DNA of 64,000 nt from the human T2T-CHM13v2.0 reference genome, Homo sapiens: assembly GCF_009914755.1 (NCBI RefSeq), contig NC_060937.1. The stretch is one strand, 5' to 3'. Below, piece after piece: positions 25,101-39,400 of the stretch (positions within the stretch are counted from its first letter, which is position 1; the number at the start of each line of letters is the position of its first letter). The position numbers and the translations under genes are program-made. The notes beneath the pieces were generated by a model. The model had not been told where the DNA came from, ran no database searches, and saw only the letters and a program-made list of their open reading frames with translations.

Positions 25101-28100
25101 GTCTAGATTTTAGATGATGATATTCCCGTTTCCAACGAAATCATTAGAGCTATCCAAATATCCACTTACAGTTTCTACAAAAAGAGTGTTTCCAAACTGC
25201 TGCATCAAAAGAGAGGTTCCACTCTGTTAGCTGAGTACACACATCACAAACTTGTTTCTGAGAATCCTTCTGTGTCGTTTTTCTGGGAAGATATTTACTT
25301 TTTCACCGTAGGCATCAAAGCGCTCCAAATGTCCACATCCAGATACTCCAGAAAGAGTGTTTCAAACCTGCTCTATGAAAGGGAATCTTCAACTCTATGA
25401 GTTGAATGCAGACATCAGAAAGAAATTTCTGAGAATGCTGCTGTCTACCTTTTATTTGAATTCCCGCTTCCAACGAAATCCTCCAAGCTATCCAAATATC
25501 CACTTGCAGATTCCACAAAAAGAGTGTTTCAAAACTGCTCTCTATCAATGGCAAAGTTCAACTCTGTTAGTTGAGGACACATATCACCAACAAGTTTCTG
25601 AGAATGCTTCTGTCTATTTTTTATGGGAAGATATTTCCTTTTTCACCGTAGGCGTCAAGGCGATCGAAATGTCCACTTCCACAAACTACAAAAAGAGTGT
25701 TTCAAACCTGCTCTATGAAAGGCCATGTTCATCTCTATGAGTCGAATGGAAATATCCGAAAGAAATTTCTGGGAATGCTGCTGTCTAGTTTTTATACGAA
25801 TTCCCGCTTCCAACGAAATCCTCAAAGCAATCCAAATATCCACTTGCAGAATCCACAAAAAGAGTGTTTCAAAACTGCTCTATCAATAGAAAGGTTCAAC
25901 TCTTTTAGTTGAGTACACACATCACAAACAAGTTTCTGAGAATGCTTCTGTCTGGCTTTTATTGGAAGACGTTTCCTTTTCACCAAAGGCATCAAAGCGC
26001 TCCAAATGTCCACTTCCAGATTCTTCCAAAAGAGTGTTTGAAACGTGCTCAAAGTAAGGGAATGTTCAACTCTGTGACTTGAATGCAGATATCACCAAGT
26101 AGTTTCTAATAGTGCTTCTGTCTAGATTTTAGATGATGATATTCCCGTTTCCAACGAAATCGTTAGAGCTATCCAAATATCCACTTACAGTTGCTACAAA
26201 AACAGTGTTTCCAAACTGCTGCATCAAAAGAAAGGTTCAACTCTGTTAGTTGAGGACACACGTCACAAAGAAGTTTGTGAGAATGCTTCTGTCTAGATTT
26301 TGTATGACGATATTCCCTTTTCCAACGATATCGTTAAAGCAATCTAAATATCCATTTGCAGAATCCACAAAAATAGAGTTTCAAAGCTGCTCTGTAAAAA
26401 GAAAGGTTCCACTCTGTTAGCTGAGTACACACATCACAAACTTGTTTCTCAGAATCCTTCTGTCTCGTTTTTCTGGGAAGATATTTACTTTTTCACCGTA
26501 GGCATCAAAGCGCTCCAAATGTCCACATCCAGATACTCCAGAAAGAGTGTTTCAAACCTGCTCTATGAAAGGGAATCTTCAACTCTATGAGTTGAATGCA
26601 GACATCAGAAAGAAATTTCTGAGAATGCTGCTGTCTACCTTTTATTTGAATTCCCGCTTCCAACGAAATCCTCCAAGCTATCCAAATATCCACTTGCAGA
26701 TTCCACAAAAAGAGTGTTTCAAAACTGCTCTCTATCAATGGCAAAGTTCAACTCTGTTAGTTGAGGACACATAACACCAACAAGTTTCTGAGAATGCTTC
26801 TGTCTATTTTTTATGGGAAGATATTTCCTTTTTCACCGTAGGCGTCAAGGCGATCGAAATGTCCACTTCCACAAACTACAAAAAGAGTGTTTCAAACCTG
26901 CTCTATGAAAGGCCATGTTCATCTCTATGAGTCGAATGGAAATATCCGAAAGAAATTTCTGGGAATGCTGCTGTCTAGTTTTTATACGAATTCCCGCTTC
27001 CAACGAAATCCTCAAAGCAATCCAAATATCCACTTGCAGAATCCACAAAAAGAGTGTTTCAAAACTGCTCTATCAATAGAAAGGTTCAACTCTTTTAGTT
27101 GAGTACACACATCACAAACAAGTTTCTGAGAATGCTTCTGTCTGGCTTTTATTGGAAGACGTTTCCTTTTCACCAAAGGCATCAAAGCGCTCCAAATGTC
27201 CACTTCCAGATTCTTCCAAAAGAGTGTTTGAAACGTGCTCAAAGTAAGGGAATGTTCAACTCTGTGACTTGAATGCAGATATCACCAAGTAGTTTCTAAT
27301 AGTGCTTCTGTCTAGATTTTAGATGATGATATTCCCGTTTCCAACGAAATCGTTAGAGCTATCCAAATATCCACTTATAGTTGCTACAAAAACAGTGTTT
27401 CCAAACTGCTGCATCAAAAGAAAGGTTCAACTCTGTTAGTTGAGGACACACGTCACAAAGAAGTTTGTGAGAATGCTTCTGTCTAGATTTTGTATGACGA
27501 TATTCCCTTTTCCAACGATATCGTTAAAGCAATCTAAATATCCATTTGCAGAATCCACAAAAATAGAGTTTCAAAGCTGCTCTGTAAAAAGAAAGGTTCC
27601 ACTCTGTTAGCTGAGTACACACATCACAAACTTGTTTCTCAGAATCCTTCTGTCTCGTTTTTCTGGGAAGATATTTACTTTTTCACCGTAGGCATCAAAG
27701 CGCTCCAAATGTCCACATCCAGATACTCCAGAAAGAGTGTTTCAAACCTGCTCTATGAAAGGGAATCTTCAACTCTATGAGTTGAATGCAGACATCAGAA
27801 AGAAATTTCTGAGAATGCTGCTGTCTACCTTTTATTTGAATTCCCGCTTCCAACGAAATCCTCCAAGCTATCCAAATATCCACTTGCAGATTCCACAAAA
27901 AGAGTGTTTCAAAACTGCTCTCTATCAATGGCAAAGTTCAACTCTGTTAGTTGAGGACACATATCACCAACAAGTTTCTGAGAATGCTTCTGTCTATTTT
28001 TTATGGGAAGATATTTCCTTTTTCACCGTAGGCGTCAAGGCGATCGAAATGTCCACTTCCACAAACTACAAAAAGAGTGTTTCAAACCTGCTCTATGAAA

Positions 28101-30440
28101 GGCCATGTTCATCTCTATGAGTCGAATGGAAATATCCGAAAGAAATTTCTGGGAATGCTGCTGTCTAGTTTTTATACGAATTCCCGCTTCCAACGAAATC
28201 CTCAAAGCAATCCAAATATCCACTTGCAGAATCCACAAAAAGAGTGTTTCAAAACTGCTCTATCAATAGAAAGGTTCAACTCTTTTAGTTGAGTACACAC
28301 ATCACAAACAAGTTTCTGAGAATGCTTCTGTCTGGCTTTTATTGGAAGACGTTTCCTTTTCACCAAAGGCATCAAAGCGCTCCAAATGTCCACTTCCAGA
28401 TTCTTCCAAAAGAGTGTTTGAAACGTGCCCAAAGTAAGGGAATGTTCAACTCTGTGACTTGAATGCAGATATCACCAAGTAGTTTCTAATAGTGCTTCTG
28501 TCTAGATTTTAGATGATGATATTCCCGTTTCCAACGAAATCGTTAGAGCTATCCAAATATCCACTTACAGTTTCTACAAAAAGAGTGTTTCCAAACTGCT
28601 GCATCAAAAGAAAGGTTCAACTCTGTTAGTTGAGGACACACATCACAAAGAAGTTTGTGAGAATGCTTCTGTCTAGATTTTGTATGACCATATTCCCTTT
28701 CCCAGCGATATCATTAAAGCAATCTAAATATCCATTTGCAGAATCCACAAAAATAGAGTTTCAAAGCTGCTCTGTAAAAAGAAAGGTTCCACTCTGTTAG
28801 CTGAGTACACACATCACAAACTTGTTTCTGAGAATCCTTCTGTCTCGTTTTTATGGGAAGATATTTACTTTTTCACCGTAGGCATCAAAGCGCTCCAAAT
28901 GTCCACATCCAGATACTCCAGAAAGAGTGTTTCAAACCTGCTCTATGAAAGGGAATCTTCAACTCTATGAGTTGAATGCAGACATCAGAAAGAAATTTCT
29001 GAGAATGCTGCTGTCTACCTTTTATTTGAACTCCCGCTTCCAACGAAATCCTCCAAGCTATCCAAATATCCACTTGCATTTTCCACAAAAAGAGTGCTTC
29101 AAAACTGCTCTATCAATAAATGTTCAACTCCTTTAGCTGGGTGCACACATCACAAACAAGTTTCTGAGAATGCTTCTGTCTAGTTTTTATGGGAAGACAT
29201 TCCCTTTTTCACCAAAGGCATCAAAGCGCTCCAAATGTCCACTTCCAGACACTACAAAAAGAGTGTTTCCAACGTGCTCTAAGAAAGCGAATGTTCAACT
29301 CTGTGACTTGAATACAGATATCACAAAGTAGTTTCTGAGAGGGCTTCTGTCTAGATTTTAGATGATGATATTCCCGTTTCCAACGAAATCATTAGAGCTA
29401 TCCAAATATCCACTTACAGTTTCTACAAAAAGAGTGTTTCCAAACTGCTGCATCAAAAGAGAGGTTCCACTCTGTTAGCTGAGTACACACATCACAAACT
29501 TGTTTCTGAGAATCCTTCTGTGTCGTTTTTCTGGGAAGATATTTACTTTTTCACCGTAGGCATCAAAGCGCTCCAAATGTCCACATCCAGATACTCCAGA
29601 AAGAGTGTTTCAAACCTGCTCTATGAAAGGGAATCTTCAACTCTATGAGTTGAATGCAGACATCAGAAAGAAATTTCTGAGAATGCTGCTGTCTACCTTT
29701 TATTTGAATTCCCGCTTCCAACGAAATCCTCCAAGCTATCCAAATATCCACTTGCAGATTCCACAAAAAGAGTGTTTCAAAACTGCTCTCTATCAATGGC
29801 AAAGTTCAACTCTGTTAGTTGAGGACACATATCACCAACAAGTTTCTGAGAATGCTTCTGTCTATTTTTTATGGGAAGATATTTCCTTTTTCACCGTAGG
29901 CGTCAAGGCGATCGAAATGTCCACTTCCACAAACTACAAAAAGAGTGTTTCAAACCTGCTCTATGAAAGGCCATGTTCATCTCTATGAGTCGAATGGAAA
30001 TATCCGAAAGAAATTTCTGGGAATGCTGCTGTCTAGTTTTTATACGAATTCCCGCTTCCAACGAAATCCTCAAAGCAATCCAAATATCCACTTGCAGAAT
30101 CCACAAAAAGAGTGTTTCAAAACTGCTCTATCAATAGAAAGGTTCAACTCTTTTAGTTGAGTACACACATCACAAACAAGTTTCTGAGAATGCTTCTGTC
30201 TGGCTTTTATTGGAAGACGTTTCCTTTTCACCAAAGGCATCAAAGCGCTCCAAATGTCCACTTCCAGATTCTTCCAAAAGAGTGTTTGAAACGTGCTCAA
30301 AGTAAGGGAATGTTCAACTCTGTGACTTGAATGCAGATATCACCAAGTAGTTTCTAATAGTGCTTCTGTCTAGATTTTAGATGATGATATTCCCGTTTCC
30401 AACGAAATCGTTAGAGCTATCCAAATATCCACTTACAGTT
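22157..30440. repeat. Copy 2 of the ~8.3 kb multi-HOR duplication
   Basis: Variants at 24181, 26774, 27378, 28429 and 29314 mirror those at 13817, 16410, 17014, 18065 and 18950. Confidence 0.85.
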
Positions 30441-33400
30441 GCTACAAAAACAGTGTTTCCAAACTGCTGCATCAAAAGAAAGGTTCAACTCTGTTAGTTG
30501 AGGACACACGTCACAAAGAAGTTTGTGAGAATGCTTCTGTCTAGATTTTGTATGACGATATTCCCTTTTCCAACGATATCGTTAAAGCAATCTAAATATC
30601 CATTTGCAGAATCCACAAAAATAGAGTTTCAAAGCTGCTCTGTAAAAAGAAAGGTTCCACTCTGTTAGCTGAGTACACACATCACAAACTTGTTTCTCAG
30701 AATCCTTCTGTCTCGTTTTTCTGGGAAGATATTTACTTTTTCACCGTAGGCATCAAAGCGCTCCAAATGTCCACATCCAGATACTCCAGAAAGAGTGTTT
30801 CAAACCTGCTCTATGAAAGGGAATCTTCAACTCTATGAGTTGAATGCAGACATCAGAAAGAAATTTCTGAGAATGCTGCTGTCTACCTTTTATTTGAATT
30901 CCCGCTTCCAACGAAATCCTCCAAGCTATCCAAATATCCACTTGCAGATTCCACAAAAAGAGTGTTTCAAAACTGCTCTCTATCAATGGCAAAGTTCAAC
31001 TCTGTTAGTTGAGGACACATATCACCAACAAGTTTCTGAGAATGCTTCTGTCTATTTTTTATGGGAAGATATTTCCTTTTTCACCGTAGGCGTCAAGGCG
31101 ATCGAAATGTCCACTTCCACAAACTACAAAAAGAGTGTTTCAAACCTGCTCTATGAAAGGCCATGTTCATCTCTATGAGTCGAATGGAAATATCCGAAAG
31201 AAATTTCTGGGAATGCTGCTGTCTAGTTTTTATACGAATTCCCGCTTCCAACGAAATCCTCAAAGCAATCCAAATATCCACTTGCAGAATCCACAAAAAG
31301 AGTGTTTCAAAACTGCTCTATCAATAGAAAGGTTCAACTCTTTTAGTTGAGTACACACATCACAAACAAGTTTCTGAGAATGCTTCTGTCTGGCTTTTAT
31401 TGGAAGACGTTTCCTTTTCACCAAAGGCATCAAAGCGCTCCAAATGTCCACTTCCAGATTCTTCCAAAAGAGTGTTTGAAACGTGCTCAAAGTAAGGGAA
31501 TGTTCAACTCTGTGACTTGAATGCAGATATCACCAAGTAGTTTCTAATAGTGCTTCTGTCTAGATTTTAGATGATGATATTCCCGTTTCCAACGAAATCG
31601 TTAGAGCTATCCAAATATCCACTTACAGTTGCTACAAAAACAGTGTTTCCAAACTGCTGCATCAAAAGAAAGGTTCAACTCTGTTAGTTGAGGACACACG
31701 TCACAAAGAAGTTTGTGAGAATGCTTCTGTCTAGATTTTGTATGACGATATTCCCTTTTCCAACGATATCGTTAAAGCAATCTAAATATCCATTTGCAGA
31801 ATCCACAAAAATAGAGTTTCAAAGCTGCTCTGTAAAAAGAAAGGTTCCACTCTGTTAGCTGAGTACACACATCACAAACTTGTTTCTCAGAATCCTTCTG
31901 TCTCGTTTTTCTGGGAAGATATTTACTTTTTCACCGTAGGCATCAAAGCGCTCCAAATGTCCACATCCAGATACTCCAGAAAGAGTGTTTCAAACCTGCT
32001 CTATGAAAGGGAATCTTCAACTCTATGAGTTGAATGCAGACATCAGAAAGAAATTTCTGAGAATGCTGCTGTCTACCTTTTATTTGAATTCCCGCTTCCA
32101 ACGAAATCCTCCAAGCTATCCAAATATCCACTTGCAGATTCCACAAAAAGAGTGTTTCAAAACTGCTCTCTATCAATGGCAAAGTTCAACTCTGTTAGTT
32201 GAGGACACATATCACCAACAAGTTTCTGAGAATGCTTCTGTCTATTTTTTATGGGAAGATATTTCCTTTTTCACCGTAGGCGTCAAGGCGATCGAAATGT
32301 CCACTTCCACAAACTACAAAAAGAGTGTTTCAAACCTGCTCTATGAAAGGCCATGTTCATCTCTATGAGTCGAATGGAAATATCCGAAAGAAATTTCTGG
32401 GAATGCTGCTGTCTAGTTTTTATACGAATTCCCGCTTCCAACGAAATCCTCAAAGCAATCCAAATATCCACTTGCAGAATCCACAAAAAGAGTGTTTCAA
32501 AACTGCTCTATCAATAGAAAGGTTCAACTCTTTTAGTTGAGTACACACATCACAAACAAGTTTCTGAGAATGCTTCTGTCTGGCTTTTATTGGAAGACGT
32601 TTCCTTTTCACCAAAGGCATCAAAGCGCTCCAAATGTCCACTTCCAGATTCTTCCAAAAGAGTGTTTGAAACGTGCTCAAAGTAAGGGAATGTTCAACTC
32701 TGTGACTTGAATGCAGATATCACCAAGTAGTTTCTAATAGTGCTTCTGTCTAGATTTTAGATGATGATATTCCCGTTTCCAACGAAATCGTTAGAGCTAT
32801 CCAAATATCCACTTACAGTTGCTACAAAAACAGTGTTTCCAAACTGCTGCATCAAAAGAAAGGTTCAACTCTGTTAGTTGAGGACACACGTCACAAAGAA
32901 GTTTGTGAGAATGCTTCTGTCTAGATTTTGTATGACGATATTCCCTTTTCCAACGATATCGTTAAAGCAATCTAAATATCCATTTGCAGAATCCACAAAA
33001 ATAGAGTTTCAAAGCTGCTCTGTAAAAAGAAAGGTTCCACTCTGTTAGCTGAGTACACACATCACAAACTTGTTTCTCAGAATCCTTCTGTCTCGTTTTT
33101 CTGGGAAGATATTTACTTTTTCACCGTAGGCATCAAAGCGCTCCAAATGTCCACATCCAGATACTCCAGAAAGAGTGTTTCAAACCTGCTCTATGAAAGG
33201 GAATCTTCAACTCTATGAGTTGAATGCAGACATCAGAAAGAAATTTCTGAGAATGCTGCTGTCTACCTTTTATTTGAATTCCCGCTTCCAACGAAATCCT
33301 CCAAGCTATCCAAATATCCACTTGCAGATTCCACAAAAAGAGTGTTTCAAAACTGCTCTCTATCAATGGCAAAGTTCAACTCTGTTAGTTGAGGACACAT

Positions 33401-36400
33401 ATCACCAACAAGTTTCTGAGAATGCTTCTGTCTATTTTTTATGGGAAGATATTTCCTTTTTCACCGTAGGCGTCAAGGCGATCGAAATGTCCACTTCCAC
33501 AAACTACAAAAAGAGTGTTTCAAACCTGCTCTATGAAAGGCCATGTTCATCTCTATGAGTCGAATGGAAATATCCGAAAGAAATTTCTGGGAATGCTGCT
33601 GTCTAGTTTTTATACGAATTCCCGCTTCCAACGAAATCCTCAAAGCAATCCAAATATCCACTTGCAGAATCCACAAAAAGAGTGTTTCAAAACTGCTCTA
33701 TCAATAGAAAGGTTCAACTCTTTTAGTTGAGTACACACATCACAAACAAGTTTCTGAGAATGCTTCTGTCTGGCTTTTATTGGAAGACGTTTCCTTTTCA
33801 CCAAAGGCATCAAAGCGCTCCAAATGTCCACTTCCAGATTCTTCCAAAAGAGTGTTTGAAACGTGCTCAAAGTAAGGGAATGTTCAACTCTGTGACTTGA
33901 ATGCAGATATCACCAAGTAGTTTCTAATAGTGCTTCTGTCTAGATTTTAGATGATGATATTCCCGTTTCCAACGAAATCGTTAGAGCTATCCAAATATCC
34001 ACTTACAGTTGCTACAAAAACAGTGTTTCCAAACTGCTGCATCAAAAGAAAGGTTCAACTCTGTTAGTTGAGGACACACGTCACAAAGAAGTTTGTGAGA
34101 ATGCTTCTGTCTAGATTTTGTATGACGATATTCCCTTTTCCAACGATATCGTTAAAGCAATCTAAATATCCATTTGCAGAATCCACAAAAATAGAGTTTC
34201 AAAGCTGCTCTGTAAAAAGAAAGGTTCCACTCTGTTAGCTGAGTACACACATCACAAACTTGTTTCTCAGAATCCTTCTGTCTCGTTTTTCTGGGAAGAT
34301 ATTTACTTTTTCACCGTAGGCATCAAAGCGCTCCAAATGTCCACATCCAGATACTCCAGAAAGAGTGTTTCAAACCTGCTCTATGAAAGGGAATCTTCAA
34401 CTCTATGAGTTGAATGCAGACATCAGAAAGAAATTTCTGAGAATGCTGCTGTCTACCTTTTATTTGAATTCCCGCTTCCAACGAAATCCTCCAAGCTATC
34501 CAAATATCCACTTGCAGATTCCACAAAAAGAGTGTTTCAAAACTGCTCTCTATCAATGGCAAAGTTCAACTCTGTTAGTTGAGGACACATATCACCAACA
34601 AGTTTCTGAGAATGCTTCTGTCTATTTTTTATGGGAAGATATTTCCTTTTTCACCGTAGGCGTCAAGGCGATCGAAATGTCCACTTCCACAAACTACAAA
34701 AAGAGTGTTTCAAACCTGCTCTATGAAAGGCCATGTTCATCTCTATGAGTCGAATGGAAATATCCGAAAGAAATTTCTGGGAATGCTGCTGTCTAGTTTT
34801 TATACGAATTCCCGCTTCCAACGAAATCCTCAAAGCAATCCAAATATCCACTTGCAGAATCCACAAAAAGAGTGTTTCAAAACTGCTCTATCAATAGAAA
34901 GGTTCAACTCTTTTAGTTGAGTACACACATCACAAACAAGTTTCTGAGAATGCTTCTGTCTGGCTTTTATTGGAAGACGTTTCCTTTTCACCAAAGGCAT
35001 CAAAGCGCTCCAAATGTCCACTTCCAGATTCTTCCAAAAGAGTGTTTGAAACGTGCTCAAAGTAAGGGAATGTTCAACTCTGTGACTTGAATGCAGATAT
35101 CACCAAGTAGTTTCTAATAGTGCTTCTGTCTAGATTTTAGATGATGATATTCCCGTTTCCAACGAAATCGTTAGAGCTATCCAAATATCCACTTACAGTT
35201 TCTACAAAAAGAGTGTTTCCAAACTGCTGCATCAAAAGAAAGGTTCAACTCTGTTAGTTGAGGACACACGTCACAAAGAAGTTTGTGAGAATGCTTCTGT
35301 CTAGATTTTGTATGACCATATTCCCTTTTCCAGCGATATCATTAAAGCAATCTAAATATCCATTTGCAGAATCCACAAAAATAGAGTTTCAAAGCTGCTC
35401 TGTAAAAAGAAAGGTTCCACTCTGTTAGCTGAGTACACACATCACAAACTTGTTTCTCAGAATCCTTCTGTCTCGTTTTTCTGGGAAGATATTTACTTTT
35501 TCACCGTAGGCATCAAAGCGCTCCAAATGTCCACATCCAGATACTCCAGAAAGAGTGTTTCAAACCTGCTCTATGAAAGGGAATCTTCAACTCTATGAGT
35601 TGAATGCAGACATCAGAAAGAAATTTCTGAGAATGCTGCTGTCTACCTTTTATTTGAATTCCCGCTTCCAACGAAATCCTCCAAGCTATCCAAATATCCA
35701 CCTGCATTTTCCACAAAAAGAGCGTTTCAAAACTGCTCTATCAATAGAAATGTTCAACTCCTTTGGCTGGGTACACACATCACAAACAAGTTTCTGAGAA
35801 TGCTTCTGTCTAGTTTTTATGGGAAGACATTCCCTTTTTCACCAAAGGCATCAAAGCGCTCCAAATGTCCACTTCCAGACACTACAAAAAGAGTGTTTCC
35901 AACGTGCTCTAAGAAAGCGAATGTTCAACTCTGTGACTTGAATGCAGATATCACAAAGTAGTTTCTGAGAGGGCTTCTGTCTAGATTTTAGATGATGATA
36001 TTCCCGTTTCCAACGAAATCATTAGAGCTATCCAAATATCCACTTACAGTTTCTACAAAAAGAGTGTTTCCAAACTGCTGCATCAAAAGAGAGGTTCCAC
36101 TCTGTTAGCTGAGTACACACATCACAAACTTGTTTCTCAGAATCCTTCTGTCTCGTTTTTCTGGGAAGATATTTACTTTTTCACCGTAGGCATCAAAGCG
36201 CTCCAAATGTCCACATCCAGATACTCCAGAAAGAGTGTTTCAAACCTGCTCTATGAAAGGGAATCTTCAACTCTATGAGTTGAATGCAGACATCAGAAAG
36301 AAATTTCTGAGAATGCTGCTGTCTACCTTTTATTTGAATTCCCGCTTCCAACGAAATCCTCCAAGCTATCCAAATATCCACTTGCAGATTCCACAAAAAG

Positions 36401-39400
36401 AGTGTTTCAAAACTGCTCTCTATCAATGGCAAAGTTCAACTCTGTTAGTTGAGGACACATATCACCAACAAGTTTCTGAGAATGCTTCTGTCTATTTTTT
36501 ATGGGAAGATATTTCCTTTTTCACCGTAGGCGTCAAGGCAATCGAAATGTCCACTTCCACAAACTACAAAAAGAGTGTTTCAAACCTGCTCTATGAAAGG
36601 CCATGTTCATCTCTATGAGTCGAATGGAAATATCCGAAAGAAATTTCTGGGAATGCTGCTGTCTAGTTTTTATACGAATTCCCGCTTCCAACGAAATCCT
36701 CAAAGCAATCCAAATATCCACTTGCAGAATCCACAAAAAGAGTGTTTCAAAACTGCTCTATCAATAGAAAGGTTCAACTCTTTTAGTTGAGTACACACAT
36801 CACAAACAAGTTTCTGAGAATGCTTCTGTCTGGCTTTTATTGGAAGACGTTTCCTTTTCACCAAAGGCATCAAAGCGCTCCAAATGTCCACTTCCAGATT
36901 CTTCCAAAAGAGTGTTTGAAACGTGCTCAAAGTAAGGGAATGTTCAACTCTGTGACATGAATGCAGATATCACCAAGTAGTTTCTAATAGTGCTTCTGTC
37001 TAGATTTTAGATGATGATATTCCCGTTTCCAACGAAATCGTTAGAGCTATCCAAATATCCACTTACAGTTGCTACAAAAACAGTGTTTCCAAACTGCTGC
37101 ATCAAAAGAAAGGTTCAACTCTGTTAGTTGAGGACACACGTCACAAAGAAGTTTGTGAGAATGCTTCTGTCTAGATTTTGTATGACGATATTCCCTTTTC
37201 CAACGATATCATTAAAGCAATCTAAATATCCATTTGCAGAATCCACAAAAATAGAGTTTCAAAGCTGCTCTGTAAAAAGAAAGGTTCCACTCTGTTAGCT
37301 GAGTACACACATCACAAACTTGTTTCTCAGAATCCTTCTGTGTCGTTTTTCTGGGAAGATATTTACTTTTTCACCGTAGGCATCAAAGCGCTCCAAATGT
37401 CCACATCCAGATACTCCAGAAAGAGTGTTTCAAACCTGCTCTATGAAAGGGAATCTTCAACTCTATGAGTTGAATGCAGACATCAGAAAGAAATTTCTGA
37501 GAATGCTGCTGTCTACCTTTTATTTGAATTCCCGCTTCCAACGAAATCCTCCAAGCTATCCAAATATCCACTTGCAGATTCCACAAAAAGAGTGTTTCAA
37601 AACTGCTCTCTATCAATGGCAAAGTTCAACTCTGTTAGTTGAGGACACATATCACCAACAAGTTTCTGAGAATGCTTCTGTCTATTTTTTATGGGAAGAT
37701 ATTTCCTTTTTCACCGTAGGCGTCAAGGCGATCGAAATGTCCACTTCCACAAACTACAAAAAGAGTGTTTCAAACCTGCTCTATGAAAGGCCATGTTCAT
37801 CTCTATGAGTCGAATGGAAATATCCGAAAGAAATTTCTGGGAATGCTGCTGTCTAGTTTTTATACGAATTCCCGCTTCCAACGAAATCCTCAAAGCAATC
37901 CAAATATCCACTTGCAGAATCCACAAAAAGAGTGTTTCAAAACTGCTCTATCAATAGAAAGGTTCAACTCTTTTAGTTGAGTACACACATCACAAACAAG
38001 TTTCTGAGAATGCTTCTGTCTGGCTTTTATTGGAAGACGTTTCCTTTTCACCAAAGGCATCAAAGCGCTCCAAATGTCCACTTCCAGATTCTTCCAAAAG
38101 AGTGTTTGAAACGTGCTCAAAGTAAGGGAATGTTCAACTCTGTGACTTGAATGCAGATATCACCAAGTAGTTTCTAATAGTGCTTCTGTCTAGATTTTAG
38201 ATGATGATATTCCCGTTTCCAACGAAATCGTTAGAGCTATCCAAATATCCACTTACAGTTGCTACAAAAACAGTGTTTCCAAACTGCTGCATCAAAAGAA
38301 AGGTTCAACTCTGTTAGTTGAGGACACACGTCACAAAGAAGTTTGTGAGAATGCTTCTGTCTAGATTTTGTATGACGATATTCCCTTTTCCAACGATATC
38401 GTTAAAGCAATCTAAATATCCATTTGCAGAATCCACAAAAATAGAGTTTCAAAGCTGCTCTGTAAAAAGAAAGGTTCCACTCTGTTAGCTGAGTACACAC
38501 ATCACAAACTTGTTTCTCAGAATCCTTCTGTCTCGTTTTTCTGGGAAGATATTTACTTTTTCACCGTAGGCATCAAAGCGCTCCAAATGTCCACATCCAG
38601 ATACTCCAGAAAGAGTGTTTCAAACCTGCTCTATGAAAGGGAATCTTCAACTCTATGAGTTGAATGCAGACATCAGAAAGAAATTTCTGAGAATGCTGCT
38701 GTCTACCTTTTATTTGAATTCCCGCTTCCAACGAAATCCTCCAAGCTATCCAAATATCCACTTGCAGATTCCACAAAAAGAGTGTTTCAAAACTGCTCTC
38801 TATCAATGGCAAAGTTCAACTCTGTTAGTTGAGGACACATATCACCAACAAGTTTCTGAGAATGCTTCTGTCTATTTTTTATGGGAAGATATTTCCTTTT
38901 TCACCGTAGGCGTCAAGGCGATCGAAATGTCCACTTCCACAAACTACAAAAAGAGTGTTTCAAACCTGCTCTATGAAAGGCCATGTTCATCTCTATGAGT
39001 CGAATGGAAATATCCGAAAGAAATTTCTGGGAATGCTGCTGTCTAGTTTTTATACGAATTCCCGCTTCCAACGAAATCCTCAAAGCAATCCAAATATCCA
39101 CTTGCAGAATCCACAAAAAGAGTGTTTCAAAACTGCTCTATCAATAGAAAGGTTCAACTCTTTTAGTTGAGTACACACATCACAAACAAGTTTCTGAGAA
39201 TGCTTCTGTCTGGCTTTTATTGGAAGACGTTTCCTTTTCACCAAAGGCATCAAAGCGCTCCAAATGTCCACTTCCAGATTCTTCCAAAAGAGTGTTTGAA
39301 ACGTGCTCAAAGTAAGGGAATGTTCAACTCTGTGACTTGAATGCAGATATCACCAAGTAGTTTCTAATAGTGCTTCTGTCTAGATTTTAGATGATGATAT

